This document shows positions 36,401 through 51,400 of a stretch of 64,000 bases of DNA, piece after piece. The notes below the pieces were generated by a model. The model made no database searches and had not been told where the DNA came from. It saw only the letters and a list, made by a program, of their open reading frames with translations. The stretch's first letter is position 1. Every line of letters begins with the position of its first letter. This DNA comes from Obrimoposthia wandeli (taxonomy: Eukaryota), in NCBI GenBank assembly GCA_977020255.1, contig CDROCS010002224.1, forward strand, positions 372,001 to 436,000, in the 5' to 3' direction. The position numbers were made by a program, and so were the translations under genes.

Positions 36401-39400
36401 TATAAAGTTTCATTTGATTTTTTATTCTTTAAAGGTTTATATTGTTAACCTTAATATAATTAATTAAAAACTATAAGAGTAAAAGTCAAAGATTTGAATC
36501 TTTCTATGATATGTTCTAAATAAAAATGAGTATAAACTTCAACAACATTCAATATATAATAATAAACTCTATATTATATGAGTAATAAAAAAGTCAAATA
36601 TTGCAATAAAATAATATTTCTGTACGATTTTTCGGAACTTACTGACAAAAGTAAAATCTGAAGAATTTCAATTATTGCCATTTACTTAAAGTAAATTAAT
36701 ATATTATTACTTAATTTAAAATATTGAATAATTAGAAAAAAAATAATTAAATTGTATTAACCCAAGTCAGATTAAGTCAAAATTTCTTATAAAGTCAAAA
36801 TAAAGTCAGAATATCAGGTATTTCAAGAAAATATTTTATATAGTTTTAAGATATAGTGCTCAAGCAACTTCCGCGAAGGTTGAACGATCATTTTCGATGA
36901 TAAAAAATCTGATTTTAATTTAGATTTTATAGATATTTTTATTTCGTGTTTAACTTTCTGATATTTGTGGCAGACATTCATGAGTGAAGTTTTGTTCCTG
37001 TGTTTTTTGATTCTCATATGTAACTCTCAAATGTTGATTGATTCATTGTCGTATTTCTATATTCTTTTTAATATAAATTCATTTCAAGTTAATTTTTAAA
37101 AAAATAATATTATTGTTTTATTTTGGAAATTATTAAGGCTATTTCAATGAATAGTAACAAATAGTAAGGAAATATAAAAAAATCTGTAAAGGTAAAATAT
37201 TTATCAAAATAAACCTCTCATATTTATGAAATCGGCTTTTACGTCTAGGCTACACTTCCACAACTCTTTTGTTCAATATTCCAGAATTACTAGTACGCAG
37301 CAAGGATTACTTACCAAGCATCTATAAAAGAAAGAAGGCAGAAGAACGATACATTGGAACTGAATATGCTGCCAATAAATTCCAATTGAATAGAAATCAT
37401 GATAGTTTTAAAGTTATCTTCATATTTGCATAAGCTTATAGAATTTGACATTAATTTGAAAGGAAATGACGGTAATAGGAGACTCGCAACTGGAAGATCT
37501 TAATCAAAGACAATGGCGTTTACCAAACATATGCACACAAGCTGTACAACAGTTTGTATTGGGAAAAGTAGTAATGCAGAAGAATTTAGAAGACACATAA
37601 AACGTTTTTGTTTAGAAAATATTACAGATACTCACAGTTGCTGATTTGTAAAACTTCTTTGATTATATATTATGTAATATGTGATTTGACTCACCAAATC
37701 AGTGGTAGTGGAACTGGTTCCATCGCAATGTATACCGGTATCCATAGAACATGGGTCAGGAATGGATGCTCGTAGGTTGGCATCGAGTACAAGCATCACG
37801 AGTACAAACATGGCCGCTGATTGGATGTCTCCAAGACGAGAGAAGTGCTCCATCCTGATTGATAATGATGGGTTACGTGAGAATGAGCAAGTGAGTTAGA
37901 GTAGGTGAGTGAAAGTTAACAAAATTTGAGATTGAATGTATTGAGTGTTTGAATTGTTGTTAGTTCAGCTGGAATGTAGGTGCGCTACCAACCATGAATC
38001 GCACATGGGTGACCCCATAAGCTGACTGGACCATGGCCTCGTATACCCGTACATGTCGTTGATGGCAGGTTGGCAACCGCTAGCCAGGATACTGCAGAAT
38101 TGCCAGAACTGCCAGAAACGAAATTTAGTATATCACGCAAAACAATCTATTTTAAATAATAAATTAATAAAACACCAACAAAAGAATTCAAATGTATCTA
38201 AGTTTCTAAATACAAAGATTTGAAGCTTACACAGTATTTGATATAATTATATATACACAAGTCAACAGTATTAATCAAAGTTATTCAAATGATTAATACG
38301 ACTGTTTGTACAGTTGTCAATATTTTTTTCAACAAATTTATTATCAGGTTTAACTATTGGACTAAATACCAAAAATTGTCTCAGAATATAACCTACATTG
38401 TAGTTCGCCTTTTGTCGACAACAGACTATTACTGTGGGATAACGTGGGGAAAAGTCAGTCAACCATTAAATCTACACAGTACATCACATTACAAATTTAG
38501 CAACATTAACAAACAAATCTCTTAAAGTGCATTTATAATAATACTCGACCTGATTGGTCAATTTGAATATTTGAAATTATAGTGATTCAAAATTAATGAT
38601 AATTCAATTTATAATTGAAACTTGAGTACCTGTTGTATTCCAAATATGCATGTCAATTCATATAAATAAATCAAATTATTTAAAAAGTCTTAAATCGAGG
38701 TTTTTTTGTATAAAAATGTGTAAAATATTTGTATTCATTGCTAAAAAATAATATTCAATGTTTAATATTTTCGAATGTTTATCCAGATTGACTTAAATAA
38801 AATCAATAAATTGAGTAGAGTAATCGAGCCGGAAAGGAAGTCAGATATAGTAACTAAACTTGCACTGAGCTGACCTCTATCAAGTCCTTGCGACCGGAAT
38901 CCAAAACACAGCTGTAGTTGTTCTTGCACATTGTCTCTACGTTGGAGGCATCCACACTGCGCATGGGATAACCTTTCAGCACTGTGTCGTTTTAGAGATT
39001 CCATCACTCCAAGCAACACACAAGTATGATTTTTTCAATATATATTAATATATATATTGAATTCCAAAGTGTTCTTGAGTGGGACAGTGCGCATGACACG
39101 GAAGGGATTTAGAATTATGAAATGAAGATATATAGATGGTTATTCAAATTAACTATTGTAATTTCATAATAATTTACGAAATATAGTTAGTATGCATGGA
39201 TAAAATCATGACATTCTTTAAATATATACACACTTTTTTCACGAATGACTAAGAATTGAAGTTGTAATAGTTATTTTGAATTCCCATTTATATATTACAC
39301 TATACACTAGATTATTTGTTCATTTTAGTAACAAACGCATGAAAGTAGTATTAAAATAATGTCATTTAAGTCATGAAATGCGCACAACTGTCAGTTTAAC

Positions 39401-42400
39401 AAAAATATACATATAGCAGTAAACTCACGTTCATACTAATCATTACAAATCCTTTCGTTCGGGATGGTCAGAAACTTCATGAAACAGGCAATTTTACACG
39501 GCCCGTAGATAATATGTAACTATATTTGAAAAAGTACAGGCGAATAATATTATGTAGACGAAAAACAAAATATTACATAAATATGCATTATTATTTGCTT
39601 ATATCACCAAATAATTTACATTCTGGTTTAAAAAAATATTTATTTCCGAGGTTGAAATATTTTAATGAACTTATTTTCCAATATCGAATTTTCTTATGTT
39701 TGTGCATATTACTATTTTATACAAACCCCAAAGACCTATTTTAAATGTAAAAAGGTATTCTATCACAAACAACCTAAATATTTATATGATTTTCATGAAT
39801 CTGATACAGTTAGCATGTATACGCATTTTAAGAGCAATCATGATGACAGCAGATTGGTTAAGAAATTGTCATATTATAGAGATATTACGAAAGATAAAAT
39901 ATACATTAGAACAGAAAACAGCTGCGCTTTGAGTAAAAAATTATAGATTTATTGGACATTGGCGCTATTTTAAATGTTATTGTTAAAATAGGATTTATGT
40001 TTTAAAATCGAGTTGAAATCATTTAGCGATAGTTAAACAGCATGTACATACCTGTATGAACGGGCTAAATCCAAATCGAACAGAGACAGATCAAGGAAGT
40101 TGTACACGTGAAGAAGCTGAGTTTGTTTGAACCCATCTGACAAAGTAAATTATCAAATGGACTTTATTGAATTGTACACAAACAAAATTGATTTAAACAG
40201 AAACTTTGTAAGATGTTTTGCAATATTTTGTATAGCAGAAACTCACTTAAAAGGCACCTTACAGTGAGCCATTTATTAAGGAGATCTTTTGTCGGTCTCA
40301 AACAGTGTCTTAAACTTATATACATAAATTAATTTCAACCTCGGTTTACTGGATTGCGGTCAGTGAATTTAACCCAACACAACGCAACATGCCGATTTCC
40401 CCTAATAAAAATCACGTTAAAAATGTTAAATTTGATTTTTGTTTAGAAAATGCAATATTTCAACAGTTATTTCAAAGTTTACATATAAACTCAAAAACAC
40501 GCCATTCGAAGCGTCACATTAAAATCAATGCAATAAACTTTATTCTTATCAAATATTCGCATTCGCATTCACACACATCTTAATTAATCTACACAATTTC
40601 TTTAAATTAGCTAATACTATTAAAGCTTCTTTATTGTTAAGAAGTGATATTTCCAAATTATTGTGGTCTTGTCATCCTTTTTATTGTGATTTTTCATTTC
40701 TGCAATTAATTCATTGTATTTCGTCACCATCGTTTTCATTGTTCATACATGTACTAAATGAATTATCAACACGTCTAGATCGTGCCGCAATGCCAGGGAG
40801 TAGCCAATTTTGGACTTTTAGACTTATGCTCATGGACTCTCAGACAATTGTCATGATTTCAAATGCTTTCTTTATTTAAATTTCAATTCATAAATTCAAT
40901 TTAATAACACAATTCAATTAAAATTATTTTTTAATTTCAATCGATTTATTAAAACAATTAATTAAGTTCAAATTATTGAAATCTCAAAAATATGTAGTCA
41001 TATTTTTTCAAAATAAAATATTTATTTTAGTTAAAAATAAAATTTTCAATATATACACAAATAAATATTTGAAACTAATGAAGAATTTTGTTTTGTTTAT
41101 ATCCTATACTCAATTTTTATTAGATAAAATTTGCGATTAATCCTTATGGTTAAACTTGTATTATAGAACGAGTTCCTATATAAAACTAAACATATTTTAG
41201 TATTGATTTGTTTATACCATGTGTTTGTTAGTGTGTTAAATATAAATTAATACACATTTGTTAAAAAGTTTCCGTTAAGAAATATTTATTATTATAACGA
41301 TAAATAATTTAATTTACTACTAAAATTTTCTTTTTGAAAAATGTGAACTATCTAACTTTTAAATTAGGTTGTATTTTTGGCCGTGGCGTAATTACAATTC
41401 TCAATTTGACACGGGAGATTTTTCCAAATGTCATTTTTCATAATAATCATATGATACTGGAAAAATCGACATTTCCCGCATGACCCGCCTAATTTCGTGT
41501 TGTTATTGCAAATATAGTGCATCCTAAATTAAAGGGTGAAATATTTTAAATGTTGTATGATAATCTCAATATTTGACACAGGAAATGTGCAATGTCACAT
41601 TTTAGAATCATATTGGTAACATGACACAAAATGACCGTTTTTAGAGTATATAAGTAAAATAAACTTCTATCATTTCGCAATGTCCAAAATCTATAAAACT
41701 TTATAAAAAAAATTTGTCAACTTACTATTATGTTTTGAAGGCCCGAAGTCTCCATTCAATTTCTTGGGCACCTTCTTACCAGACTTCTGAACATGAAAGT
41801 TCGAATAAAAAGCAACCTATTAATTTAAAACAAAAACTATATATGCTTAAACAACACTAAAATACAGTCCACTATAATTCCATGTATGACGAGCATCTTA
41901 AATTTTAAATTAAAATACTTTTATTGTAAAACAAAAACCTTTCTTTTTGATTTTTGTTTAATGATTATAAAAACCAAAACAATTATACATTTTAAATAGC
42001 GATAATATCTAATAAATCTATGATTTAATATTCAAAATCGTTTCCAACTTTCAATTAATCTCAGTAATATATTCAGAATAATAAACCAAAATAAACCAAA
42101 TATATAAATATGAAATTTAACAAAATTAAAGAGCAAATAATTCATAAATTTTACAGCCAATATTTTTAGAAACTTACAAAGCTATCAAAATGGAAATCCC
42201 TGATCTACAAAATACTTTCCAAAAATTGATAATAATGTTAAATTGTGAAATTTTTACATAATAATATTATTTAAATGTTACGTTGCTAAGGATTATAAAC
42301 ATTGCTATATTTGGAAACAATTTTAAATGAAAATAAGTCTACATATGTAAGCTGAAGGCCTATGTTGCCATTAGTTTGTTTATATTTTTAAAAACAACAG

Positions 42401-45400
42401 CTGTTAAATTCATTTAATTTTGCTGTGTTTAGTAACCTACATGTTTATAAAATTTATTCTTTTAAAATATCAACTATTGAGAATTTGTAAGTAAACTTTT
42501 GTATTACTTTATTACTTAAATTATTATTCATAAATATATTTATTAATTATTAAAAAACTATTATTAAAAACTAAACATAATATATAAAAACATATATATA
42601 TTTATATAATTTCGAAACATCGAGAGCAGTCCACAGAACTTCTTAGAATTTTTTGCAAAGCTGCCTGTCTTGGTAATTTTTTGTGCTTTAAAAGCCACAT
42701 TTTGCCCAGAGATATTCTGGAACAAATTTTCGGCGAACATCACCTTGGCGCAGACCATCCTTGAGAACCTTTAAAATCATAAAATAAATATAACTTTACC
42801 TTCCACGTTGATTCAATATGGTTTGTGCAGGCTCCAGTGTTCGGATCCACAAAGGTTCGGCTATGATTAACTGTTAAGTGACGGTAGCCAAGATTTTAAA
42901 CATTATTATAACCACCATGGCAATCTGTAATGATGGTGGTTCCTTGTCTAACATATCTGTAGATTAAAAAGGAAATAATCTAAAATACCTTTGTATTAAA
43001 CAATCCATTGTTGGCATATTACGCCGTTTTACTACTTTTTAAAAAATTTGGATTGGTTCAGAGTCTCGAACTACTCCTTCAACGATCCACATCTCTTTCT
43101 TCAATCGACCACGATTGTATTTTCTTTTTACAAAAAGTGAATCGTCGATTTCTACGATGGTCCCATGACCACCGATCATTCTGTTGGTTGTCTCTAACAA
43201 ATCATGAATGACATGCAGTCTTATCCTATGATACCTGATCAAAATTTATTTAATATTTAATATGTAATTTAATTGCCAGAACTGCACTGTGTGTCGATGG
43301 ATACCTAACATTTCGGATGTTTGAATTGATGTTAGCCTGCAAAGCCACCCGTACACTATGGCCATGCCCTTGCAAATTTCCAGCTGCATGCCTTCAAAAA
43401 ATGTGTAAGAATAAGCACTTATTTCATGCTGTTTGGTACACATCCATCGAACAGAATCTCTGTCAGCTTTATACTTTAATTTCATCTTTTCTCTGCATTT
43501 TCGGCAGGTTTTTTCCTTATGAATAAACTCTAAATCGTCAAATTTGATAAATTAAAATATTAAAAAAATACCATAATTTTGTAGCTATTCGGATGTTTTC
43601 AAATTATTGTTCTTAAATATATCATAATTAAATATTATGAGCTCCATTCCAATATAATTCCATTTTTAAATAAATTAAAATTCTATAAATTATAAAAGCT
43701 AGAATAAATTATCTCTTTTAAAACTTGTCAGGGATTTTTAATGTTCATAATGCTAAAATTTCATATAATAAAATGGTAAATTATTAAAAATATACTATTA
43801 TTTTATAAGTTAAAAAATATTTTTAATAATATTTCTATATATTTCTTATCTAATAATTAGGATTTAATTTTTTATATTAAGAATGGAAAATAAACGGTTG
43901 TAGGAAAAAATGGCAACGGAAAAATGGCAACGGAAAAAATGGCAATGGAAAAAAATGGCAATGGAAATAATGGCAATGGAAAAAATGGCAAAGGAAATAA
44001 TGGCAATGGAAAAGATAAAATATTATTTTTGCTTTTGTTATTATAAATATTTTGCCAAATTATTTGTATTATTTAAAAAAATATTACTGGTGTTTAAATT
44101 AAATTGAATATTAAATATGTGTGTATTAGACCCTTACATTTAAAACAAATAAGGTTGTTAATTGTTGCAAGAACTTAACTAAAAAGAAGTATAAAAATGA
44201 TGCCTTGAAGTCACAACAAATGTATACAGTAGTTCATAAGACTTACAGCAAAAATTACTAATTGCGCTTTTCAAAGAGTGGCTTCTGTAACATATTTAGA
44301 TATTAGGCAGCGAATTGATTATTTGTTAAAATAAATTTGTTAAGTACATGTATGTGTCAATATTTAAAAAACATGAAGCCATGAAGTCATAATCACAGTA
44401 AATTTAGATAACAAATGCACCAACAATAACTAATTGCACTTCTGAAAGAGTGGCTTCTCTCAAATCTCAAATGTAGGCAATCATATTCCTTTGAAAATAT
44501 TAGCAATTCACAATTGAGCACAGATAAAACATAATTTGTTAGTGTAATTATTCCTTTGGAGGTTGAGCAGTTCTATTATAAGCAGATTATTTATATTATA
44601 AATATCTTGTAATTTCATAATGATTTATTCAATTTTTGAATTCTTTTACAATGGAAGTCATCACTAGCAACAAAGGTGGTCAAAAGTTAATTCTCGGAGG
44701 TTTCATGTACACTAAGCAGTTAACTCAGCCTCGCAAGATTCGATGGAGATGTGTTAAACGTACTACTAACTGCAAGGCATCACTAACAACAACATTAGAT
44801 CTCGAAAATCCTCAGTTATTGTCCTCGCATAACCATGATCCTTCTGATTCTAGTGTGTCTGCTGTTAAGTGCCGTGCCCAGATGAAGCAACAAGCTAAGC
44901 AGAGTTCTGAAAAACCAAGCCAAATCTACACTCAGGCGGCGGCTGAAATCGACGTTGACGCCAGGGTTCAGCTTGGTCGCGAGGAATCTGTCAAACGTAC
45001 ACTACGCAACCAGCGTCTTAACCTCCTCCCTGCTGTTCCAGATTCTCTCCATGATCTCGTCATTGACGGGATATGGTCCCAGACTTCAGGACCTCATCCT
45101 CAACAGTTCCTTATCTACGATAACGGTCCAGACACGGACTCTCGAGTGATTGTATTTGGTGCCAGTGACGCTCTTCGGCACCTGTCTACTGCCGAAGTTT
45201 GGTACATGGACGGTAACCACTTACTTTGATGCCACTTACTGTACTGGGACATACAGAAGGATTCAACGTCACGCGGATGATGCTGTCGTGCGCCGTCGTA
45301 TTCCTCCCCTGTTCCAACCCGCCATGTGGAACGTACATCAAGTTACGCTTGAGGGTGAGCAGAGAACCAACAATCTCTGTGAAGCCTGGAACTACAGAAT

Positions 45401-48400
45401 AGAACATTTGTGCGGCGTGAACCATCCTTCTGTGTGGAAACTCATCCACTGGCTCAAAGGTGATTCTGCTCAAGTTAGTGCCACTTTACTGAACAATGCA
45501 CGCGGTTCACCTCCACGCAAACGTGTCAAGCGGGTCTATGTGCAACTTCAGGCTCGCTTGTACCAGTTGTGCCTTGACCGCCAGGATGAATCCAAGAGTG
45601 TAGAACAGTTTCTGCGAGGAGCCGGCCATAATATCCGCTGGAAGCCCCATGCAAACCAACCCAACCAAGTGGTTGATGAGTGAACTATTTGCCTAATTGC
45701 TATCTACATGTTGATAGGATGTTCTCGAAGACTGCATAGTAATATTAATGTTCATGTGTGAATAATATTAAACATGTGCTTCTGGTTATATATAATGTGT
45801 AAATAAAATGGCATAACTGTACTATGTTTTAATGTAAATAAATGTGAGAACAACAAATGTATCTTTGTTTATAATAATTTTTTGGTTTTACTTATTAATT
45901 TATTTTATTTTTTATAAAATAAAATAAGTTTGCCATTTCTTCCATATTTTGCATATTGCCATTTTTTCCATTACCATTATTTCCATTGCCATTTTTTCCG
46001 TACCCCAAAATAAACAGATGTAATCGCTATTTTTTACAAAATGGCGACTTTTTCAATGTTTACATTGGCAACTTTGGCCTAATGCCCATATGTAACACTA
46101 GAATTACTTATTTTTTAATTTAATAACTTGCTAAAGAGTCGTTTTTGACTTCTATTATTACTATATCATAATTACGTGATTAATTACATTTTTAAACATG
46201 TACATAATGCCAAACTAATTTCTAATCCTATTTAACAATTTATCATACTTATTAAATTAGACAAACAATAAATAATGACTACAACAGACATACAACAATA
46301 TTAGGCACGAAAAATATATACACTATACTATTCGACAGTTTTTACAATAGACACAGGTAATTTCGAATCGTTACATGAGCATATATCACACATTGGATGT
46401 TTAAAAATTATGCATGAAGTCAGTTATATTCCTACAACCTGCAAAGTAACATTTACGTCATTTTCTAGATGGAATAATAACAGACGTTGTGGGTTCTATA
46501 TTACAACTGGTACCAATTAGTTTTTCAATTGTATCAAACCACCATTAGCTATTCTCTCGTAGCATAGCGAGTTGAGTATAGTCTAGATATCTGATCACAT
46601 ATATCCACACCGGTTACATAACAAAGAAATATATACATCTTTGTTATGTACAAATCAATGTATTTATAATGTAAATTATGTAATCAGTTAATTAACGGAA
46701 GGACTTTAGTAATCCTCTTTATTTTAAATATTTGCAAACATGCTAATGCAAATAATTCCATTATAATTCATATTGTATTCCAAAGTCGAAAAGGACTCCT
46801 TCATAATTGAAGGATTATAACTTTTAATTAGTAAAAATATATGAAAAATAATAATTTTTTCCAAGAAAATTATACACAAAGAGTTAGGAAAAGTCATCAA
46901 ATATTTGCTTTCAAAACATCTCCGTTCTTTCACAAAGTGTATTCTAGTTTCTTTACGTCATTCTCGAACACGAGTTCAAACCATTTATTTTTTACTTAAG
47001 TCACTTTGATGTTAAGCAAAATTTAGAAAATGTATAAACTCTCAAATATTATTGAAAATTGAGAATTGTTACAACTTTAATTGAATCAAATAAATAAATT
47101 ATTTTAAATGATACATATGATGACGAAATTTTTTTTAATCAAGTCCTTTTATGATAAATAAGTCAAATTTAAAATATTGTGAAAATCTTTCATTTCCATT
47201 TTCGATCATTCTCTTTGTTAGTTCAAGTGGAAAATTTTCAACTCCGTGACTTGTGACCCTCACCATCTGGTGCGGCATGTTGACGGCCAGCGACTTCTTC
47301 TTGGCGTGCTCAAACTGGTAGGTGGAGGCGGCTCCTGTTAATAGAGAGTCGCTACCGCCGCTGGTTAAGCTGGACATACCAATCAGGGTGGTAGCACGTC
47401 TCGTGAGCAGGCCGTCATGCGTTGCCCCTCCTGAGACGACAGACGCAGAGGCCACCACAGTCTGCCCGGGGCTTACCGATTCACGACCGTGGCCCCCGCT
47501 GCCTCCACTCCCCACCACTCCCACGGCCACAGCTGCCATCGTGTAGCACACCAACCGACCTGTCGTAGTTGATCCGGTAATTTAATGGAAACCAGCAGTA
47601 TTATGGAGTGGCTGGAAGTCGCGTAGTAGAGACTTTCTCAAATTTAATTAAATAAAAAAAGATTCCAACCCCATTATATGTTTTAGTAACTTTGCGGTTA
47701 TTGTATTTAAAATTAGGTTAATTTACGTCAATTATGAAGTCTTCATGAGCAGGTCCACAATTGTATTTGTTCACTGTTACATGAGTAGGGACGGCATGGT
47801 ATGAAAATATCCGTAAAAAGAAAATGCATAAAGCACTGATATATTTAATATTTCGACTGAAAAATAACATGTCACAATTTTATAAAATTATTCTAAGCAA
47901 CAATTACAAAGTAACCAATGATGAGTTATAAAACAAAAGCACGTTTTTTCTCGGAATGGCAAGTATATTAATTAGTCTCCACGCTTATGTACACATTGAA
48001 TCGCAAGTCCCTTTACCCTGTTCTTGGACATTTGTGATCATAAGTACGACTTCAAATATTTCATGGATGAGAATGTGCATTCTGCAGTTACAGAAGTAAC
48101 TAGATTAACATAGAATATATTCAAGTACGATCAAATCTCCTACTCGTGGCTGCAATTCTGAGATGAGCAGTCACTTGTTCGTTCTTGGTGGGTGTGGTTT
48201 TCTAATACTCTATATTTTAATAAATACGAATAAGGTACTCACTAAAAGTACACTGTGGATCTCGATGATATCAATAGGAGGAATGGGCAAATTTTTAAAT
48301 GTGCACTTTAAAGTGAAATGTGTCAAGTACTGCTCTTTTCTCAAGGTATCCTCTACCAAAGGGAGGCAAAAATAGTGTTACTATATATTTATTTAGCCAA

Positions 48401-51400
48401 TACTGCATACATTTACTATAATATTAGTATCAACAAAGTTCAAGGGTAGCGAGCAAATAGAGGCCAAAATCGTACCGCTAGGAGAAAAAGAAGCGCGACA
48501 CCTGGCAAGTCCCGGCAACTTTGCCTCGGGCCAGCAGACGTTTGCGAGGTTTCCGGTACCCCCCACTATTGCAGGACCTGAGGCTGTGAAGGCCGCATGC
48601 TCCCTCTGGATCCGCAGAGTTCTGTGGCTCAGGCGCGTCTATGCAAAGGCATTATGAAACTACAATGATTGAAATATTTTAAATTACAAAAAATTAAATT
48701 TTCTGTTTTCATATTTTAAATACTTAAAAACGACATGAGAAACTATGTGCACATGGAGGAACTTAGGAAATATTGTCAAAATTTCTAAATCAATAGATCT
48801 GAATATACCCTAAAGTTTCTTTGACAAAGTGTTCGTTTATTAATCCAAAAAGTTAAATAACTCAAAAATAATTTTTATGTAAAATAATTTATGCATAAAT
48901 TCGAATATTTTATTTAGAAAAATAACTTGAGTTTAAAATTAGTTCATTTTTTTTAAAATACTAGAAATTTTTAAAATGTCATCAATAAATACTAAATGAA
49001 TCATTTCTAATGACTTACATGGTAATTATATGTGCTGATAACAGTAAAAATAGACTTTACAGTTCTTGAGTTTCTAACCTCTTGTGTAGTTTACTAACGA
49101 CTGTACGGTCTCCTTCAATATCAAAACTAACAGGAATTCCCTCCATATTTACTGTTTGTGGTAAATCTATTCTTGATTGATGTTTATTCAGAAAATGTTT
49201 AGAAGTCATTGAAGAACTGATTCCATTACTACACTAGTTCCAACTACATACAGCATTATCTCTCATTTGTTTGCGATCGTGTATAATTTTCTTAATTTAG
49301 TCCTTTTAAATTGATTAATTAAAAAAAAAAGAATTTTATTTTAAAATATGGTCACAGTTAGCTATCAAACGAATTTTCATATTAATTGATTGGCTTTTCA
49401 ACTTTCAACAGATACTCATAATCATTGGGATATTAGGTTAAATAAATTTCAGATTTACTTGGACGTAGAAAAGTGTAATAAGAACTTTGTAAGAGCTATA
49501 AGAGCCATTCATGTTAGACAAACAGATCCAAAATTTGAGATACATAAATCTCAACCATTATCTATGAAACGACAAATGTAATGGTTAAATGATTTAAAAC
49601 AATAAATAAATGAATCAAATTTAATAAGAAACTGTGGGTTTCAGCTATATTCAAGAACTACATAGCGATTAAAGATAACAGTTGTAGAAAAGCTCGTTGG
49701 AAAATATTTCTCAATGTACAATTTCTCATTAGTCATTTGATTTCAGATAATGTAAGCATCAATGGCGGATAAGATATCTTAGTTCCGAAAGTAGCCGCTA
49801 CCAATACATCAAATAAGTCATATAGAAAATATACGGGGGTGGCAAAAAGTTTATGGTAGAATGAAATTTCGGGTATTTTCATAGCTGACTCATCCAGATG
49901 CAGTATGCTTAAATACCGTCACCTTAAAATGGTATAAGGACATCAAGCATATGTGATATAACTTCCAAATTGTTAGTAATCGCGCAGTATTCTCCGAAAA
50001 TCTGGTTGCACTTTAAAGTGTTTGTGTGTGTGTGCGCAATTGTAGATTCCTGGCTATATAAAAGCCAATCATTTGATGTATAGTTCAGTATGTTGCGAGT
50101 TTTTGCCAGAACGTCATGATTGAAGATCGTAAATTTTGTGTAATAGAAATAAAGATATGATCAATTTTGTTACTTGTACGAGTCTTTACTTTAGAGATCT
50201 GCATCCTGTCGTTACTGAAGTAGTTATATAAGATAGATTACAGCAGCATGTAGATCTATTGACTATGCTTATGTGAGCGAAATTTCCAGAACTGAAGAAA
50301 AGGCAGAAATGGATCAAATGAATATGAAGATCAGTCATTTGAAGGAGATTTGAATGGCGAATAATTTTCAATTTATAAAATAATTGCATATCCCATTGAT
50401 TAGAAAAAAGTAGAAAAAACAGTTATAAATAAATTTATATTTTTTAAATAATTTTGTTTTCATTATGAAAATGAATTTTAAAAACTACAAATGCATCCCT
50501 TAAATTTCAAAAAATGTGTGGTTATTATTTTATTCAATTTATTTACCGGACTTAAATGTCTTAATTTGGACTAATTTGTAATTTGTACTGAATTTTTTTC
50601 AAGTGCACTTACTATTAAATATGATTTTAAATGAGACATGAACTATAGAAATATAAATATTCAAAGCATACACAATGAAATATCCATCACACAAGTTCTT
50701 GAAAGTATAAAACAAAACCGTTCAGAAACATGTCCTTGTCACAATATACCATAAACTCACCGACAGGAGGTTTATGTAGTCGAGAGTGTAGTCCACACAC
50801 TTTTCGATGAGGTGTGACTCTCGACCATGCTTTTGTTCTTCGATCAAACTTTTCAGTTTCTGCAAACGGCCGTAAAATGAATAAAACTAAAATCCTGAGA
50901 TCGAAATAAAAGGTAATGCGTACAATCCCATTCGGGAAGTTTTAATGTGTTTGACACAAATTTGAATGTTGCAGATAAGACAGTGTTTTTTATATTTTGA
51001 ATGACAGAAAAATATTAAAGAAGCCATTAATTTCCATAACTCCTTTTCTGCTCTTCAATCTTTTTCGCTCATTCGGGTTAAATCTTGTTGAAGATAGAAT
51101 ACATTGAAAAACAAATAAGTTTCATTTAAAACAGTTTTGAATTTGTATTATTTAATATATTATCTTTATTGGATATAAAATCAAACAAAATACTTTGTGT
51201 AAAGAACTAATATAAATCGACATTATGCGGTCAATTATAAGGTGCAGTGTGAAAACTTTATATAAGCTTATAAGATATCTTAAATTTATGTATTTTTATT
51301 TGGTTATACATTATTAGATTTTTTGTATTTTCACATCGATCACACAGGAACGTAGATTTTTTATTGATACACATTGATATGAAAATCTATAGTTAAGCTG

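Noticed and set aside
49620-50150. Possible SSU/mitochondrial rRNA fragment and Tc1-like end
   Set aside because: Only short, loosely spaced matches and no partner TIR.
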